A stretch of 62,832 nt of DNA, counting the filler. It is 6 parts of 6 records of this genome, joined end to end, with 100 filler letters (N's around TTAATTAATTAA, not from the genome) between each part and the next. Parts side by side here need not be neighbours in the genome. Positions count along the whole stretch, not along the records: positions 42,890 to 62,832 come from SRR31147125_5370; 5 more parts are not named here. One strand, 5' to 3'. The position numbers and the translations under genes are program-made. Below the pieces are notes generated by a model. The model did no database searches. It worked only from the letters and a program-made list of their open reading frames with translations, and was not told the origin of the DNA. Shown here in pieces: positions 61,492 through 62,832 of the stretch (position 1 is the stretch's first letter; each line of letters opens with the position of its first letter).

Positions 61492-62205
61492 TTAGTATTT
61501 CATTATTAAATCTTCAAGAATCTTTTTATCTTTTTCGTCTTCTACGACACTATCAATATATCGAATATATGCCATTAATGGTATGGCATTTAATATCTCA
61601 GTTTTTATATATCCTTTTTCAATCATTGCGTCTAAATACATCTGTGCATAATCTTTTGCGTAAACTAAAAAGATAATATAAGTGCTTGCAATATCCATCA
61701 CAGGATTACCTAGTTTTGCATTATTCCAATCAATGATATAAGGCTTGTCTTGATGATATATGATGTTTTCTGGATGATAGTCAAAATGACATAAATGAAG
61801 TGTTTTATTTATGTGATCAAGCGATGCTATCGCTTGATCCTTTAATGTTTGTCTGGCATTTGATTGATTTATTTGATACCTAAATACTTCATAAGCATTA
61901 GGGAGTGCTAAATCTTGATATTTAAATGTTTCAATCTGTAAATCAATAAAATCTGTATATGGTTTTATATCGCTATTTCTTACGAGTCTATCCGCTAAAT
62001 TTTCACCATCTAATAAAGTCATTTTTATCATATCGTTTTCCAATTCATATTGTGCTACATTCAAATCCGTTGATTGATAAATTTCATTTTGTATTTTTAT
62101 CTCATACAGCATATTTTTAGTATCATAACCTTCTTTATATGATTTATATGCATACCTACCATCAGATAAAATAATGGCAGTCATACCTTCTCCTATTTTC
62201 TTCAT
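61492..62205 (-). CDS. Aminoglycoside-phosphotransferase-like kinase
   Basis: IGEGMTA, LCHFDYHPENI, IIDW, GNPVMDIA. Confidence 0.85.
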   Translation of the reverse strand: MKKIGEGMTAIILSDGRYAYKSYKEGYDTKNMLYEIKIQNEIYQSTDLNVAQYELENDMIKMTLLDGENLADRLVRNSDIKPYTDFIDLQIETFKYQDLALPNAYEVFRYQINQSNARQTLKDQAIASLDHINKTLHLCHFDYHPENIIYHQDKPYIIDWNNAKLGNPVMDIASTYIIFLVYAKDYAQMYLDAMIEKGYIKTEILNAIPLMAYIRYIDSVVEDEKDKKILEDLIMKY

Positions 62206-62208
62206 ATA

Positions 62209-62832
62209 TTAAGATACCTTTATTGGTGTAATGACCTTTTTCATCATTAATCCAACAGCCATACCAATCTCACCAATTGTAACAAAAACCAATAATAATG
62301 ATGAAACAACATTTAATAGTGATATATCTAAATGTCCTAAGCTAATGATTGAATCAACTAAGTAACCAAGTGATCCCATAATTAATACTAGACCTAAATA
62401 TTTCCAACGGCTCACTTGATGTTTATAAAGCATAAAGCCTAATAAAAATACATGAACACTAAAAAATAATTGCCATACATATGTCCCATCTAAATGGTAT
62501 GAAATGTATGTAGATGCATTCGCATTTGTATTAACCAAAACAATGACTAAAAAGATCATATTAACTATCATCACAACAATCATCACCATACGAAAAATAA
62601 AAGCAATCATCGATAACTTCTTATCATATGTATTAAACAATTGAAGTAACCATATGGTTAACACTACTTCTATACCAATAATCAAAAAATCAACAAAAGC
62701 CCATAATGCGACTAACCCCATATGGGATGCTGCAAAATCATTAACATTTACGACGTTAAATTGTTCAGGTAATAATAAAAACCCCACAGGACCAATCACA
62801 GCAAGCGACACATATAATAAACCTGATAAAAA
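62209..62832 (-). CDS. DUF4386-like membrane protein, start lies outside the window
   Basis: Frame open to the window end; FFSVH..LLG, GSLGYLVDS, IGEI pattern. Confidence 0.65.
   Translation of the reverse strand, partial: FLSGLLYVSLAVIGPVGFLLLPEQFNVVNVNDFAASHMGLVALWAFVDFLIIGIEVVLTIWLLQLFNTYDKKLSMIAFIFRMVMIVVMIVNMIFLVIVLVNTNANASTYISYHLDGTYVWQLFFSVHVFLLGFMLYKHQVSRWKYLGLVLIMGSLGYLVDSIISLGHLDISLLNVVSSLLLVFVTIGEIGMAVGLMMKKVITPIKVS

Noticed and set aside
58542-62205. Calling the TmrB-like and APH-like genes antibiotic-resistance determinants
   Set aside because: Only fold-level motifs are visible; substrates cannot be inferred from the sequence
42890-62832. Genetic code 4 (UGA=Trp) in the Mollicutes-like contig
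   Set aside because: Genes translate full length in code 11 with Trp encoded by TGG

Overview
This window is not one locus. It is six unrelated contigs joined by 100-nt N/TTAATTAATTAA linkers, so no synteny can be read across the linkers. (1) 1-5481, Bacteroidota-like housekeeping block: MBL hydrolase, pcm, Gfo/Idh/MocA-like gene, sugar transferase, elbB, DUF4294-like gene. (2) 5582-17499, higher-GC Desulfuromonadales-like flagellar operon (fliH-fliI-fliJ-motE-like-fliK-flgD-TIGR02530-flgE-motAB-fliLMNOPQR) with a sigma54 promoter, a palindromic MITE-like insert and a structured flgE leader. (3) 17600-25334, AT-rich anaerobe: NhaC-family transporter with an attenuator-like leader, plus an operon of two adenine deaminase paralogues and a nucleobase permease, preceded by a GC-rich riboswitch-like leader I cannot assign to a known class. 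(4) 25435-36776, Clostridia-like rpsB-tsf-pyrH-frr-uppS-cdsA-dxr-rseP-ispG cluster plus ylbJ and tmcAL. (5) 36877-42789, possibly Fusobacteriota: EAL protein, rlmF, and a siroheme reductase / degenerate radical-SAM-like / DASS permease operon with a tandemly repeated leader. (6) 42890-62832, Acholeplasmatales/Izemoplasmatales-like (code 11) accessory region with MMPL-TetR, a LytTR-membrane protein pair and a putative secreted beta-pore-forming bacteriocin with ABC and CPBP genes. Most split genes break at homopolymers and are probably sequencing errors. Best leads for undescribed biology: the ade-operon riboswitch candidate, the TIGR02530 protein with the flgE leader RNA, and the aerolysin-like secreted-protein locus. 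All taxonomic and family calls are from motif recognition, without database searches.
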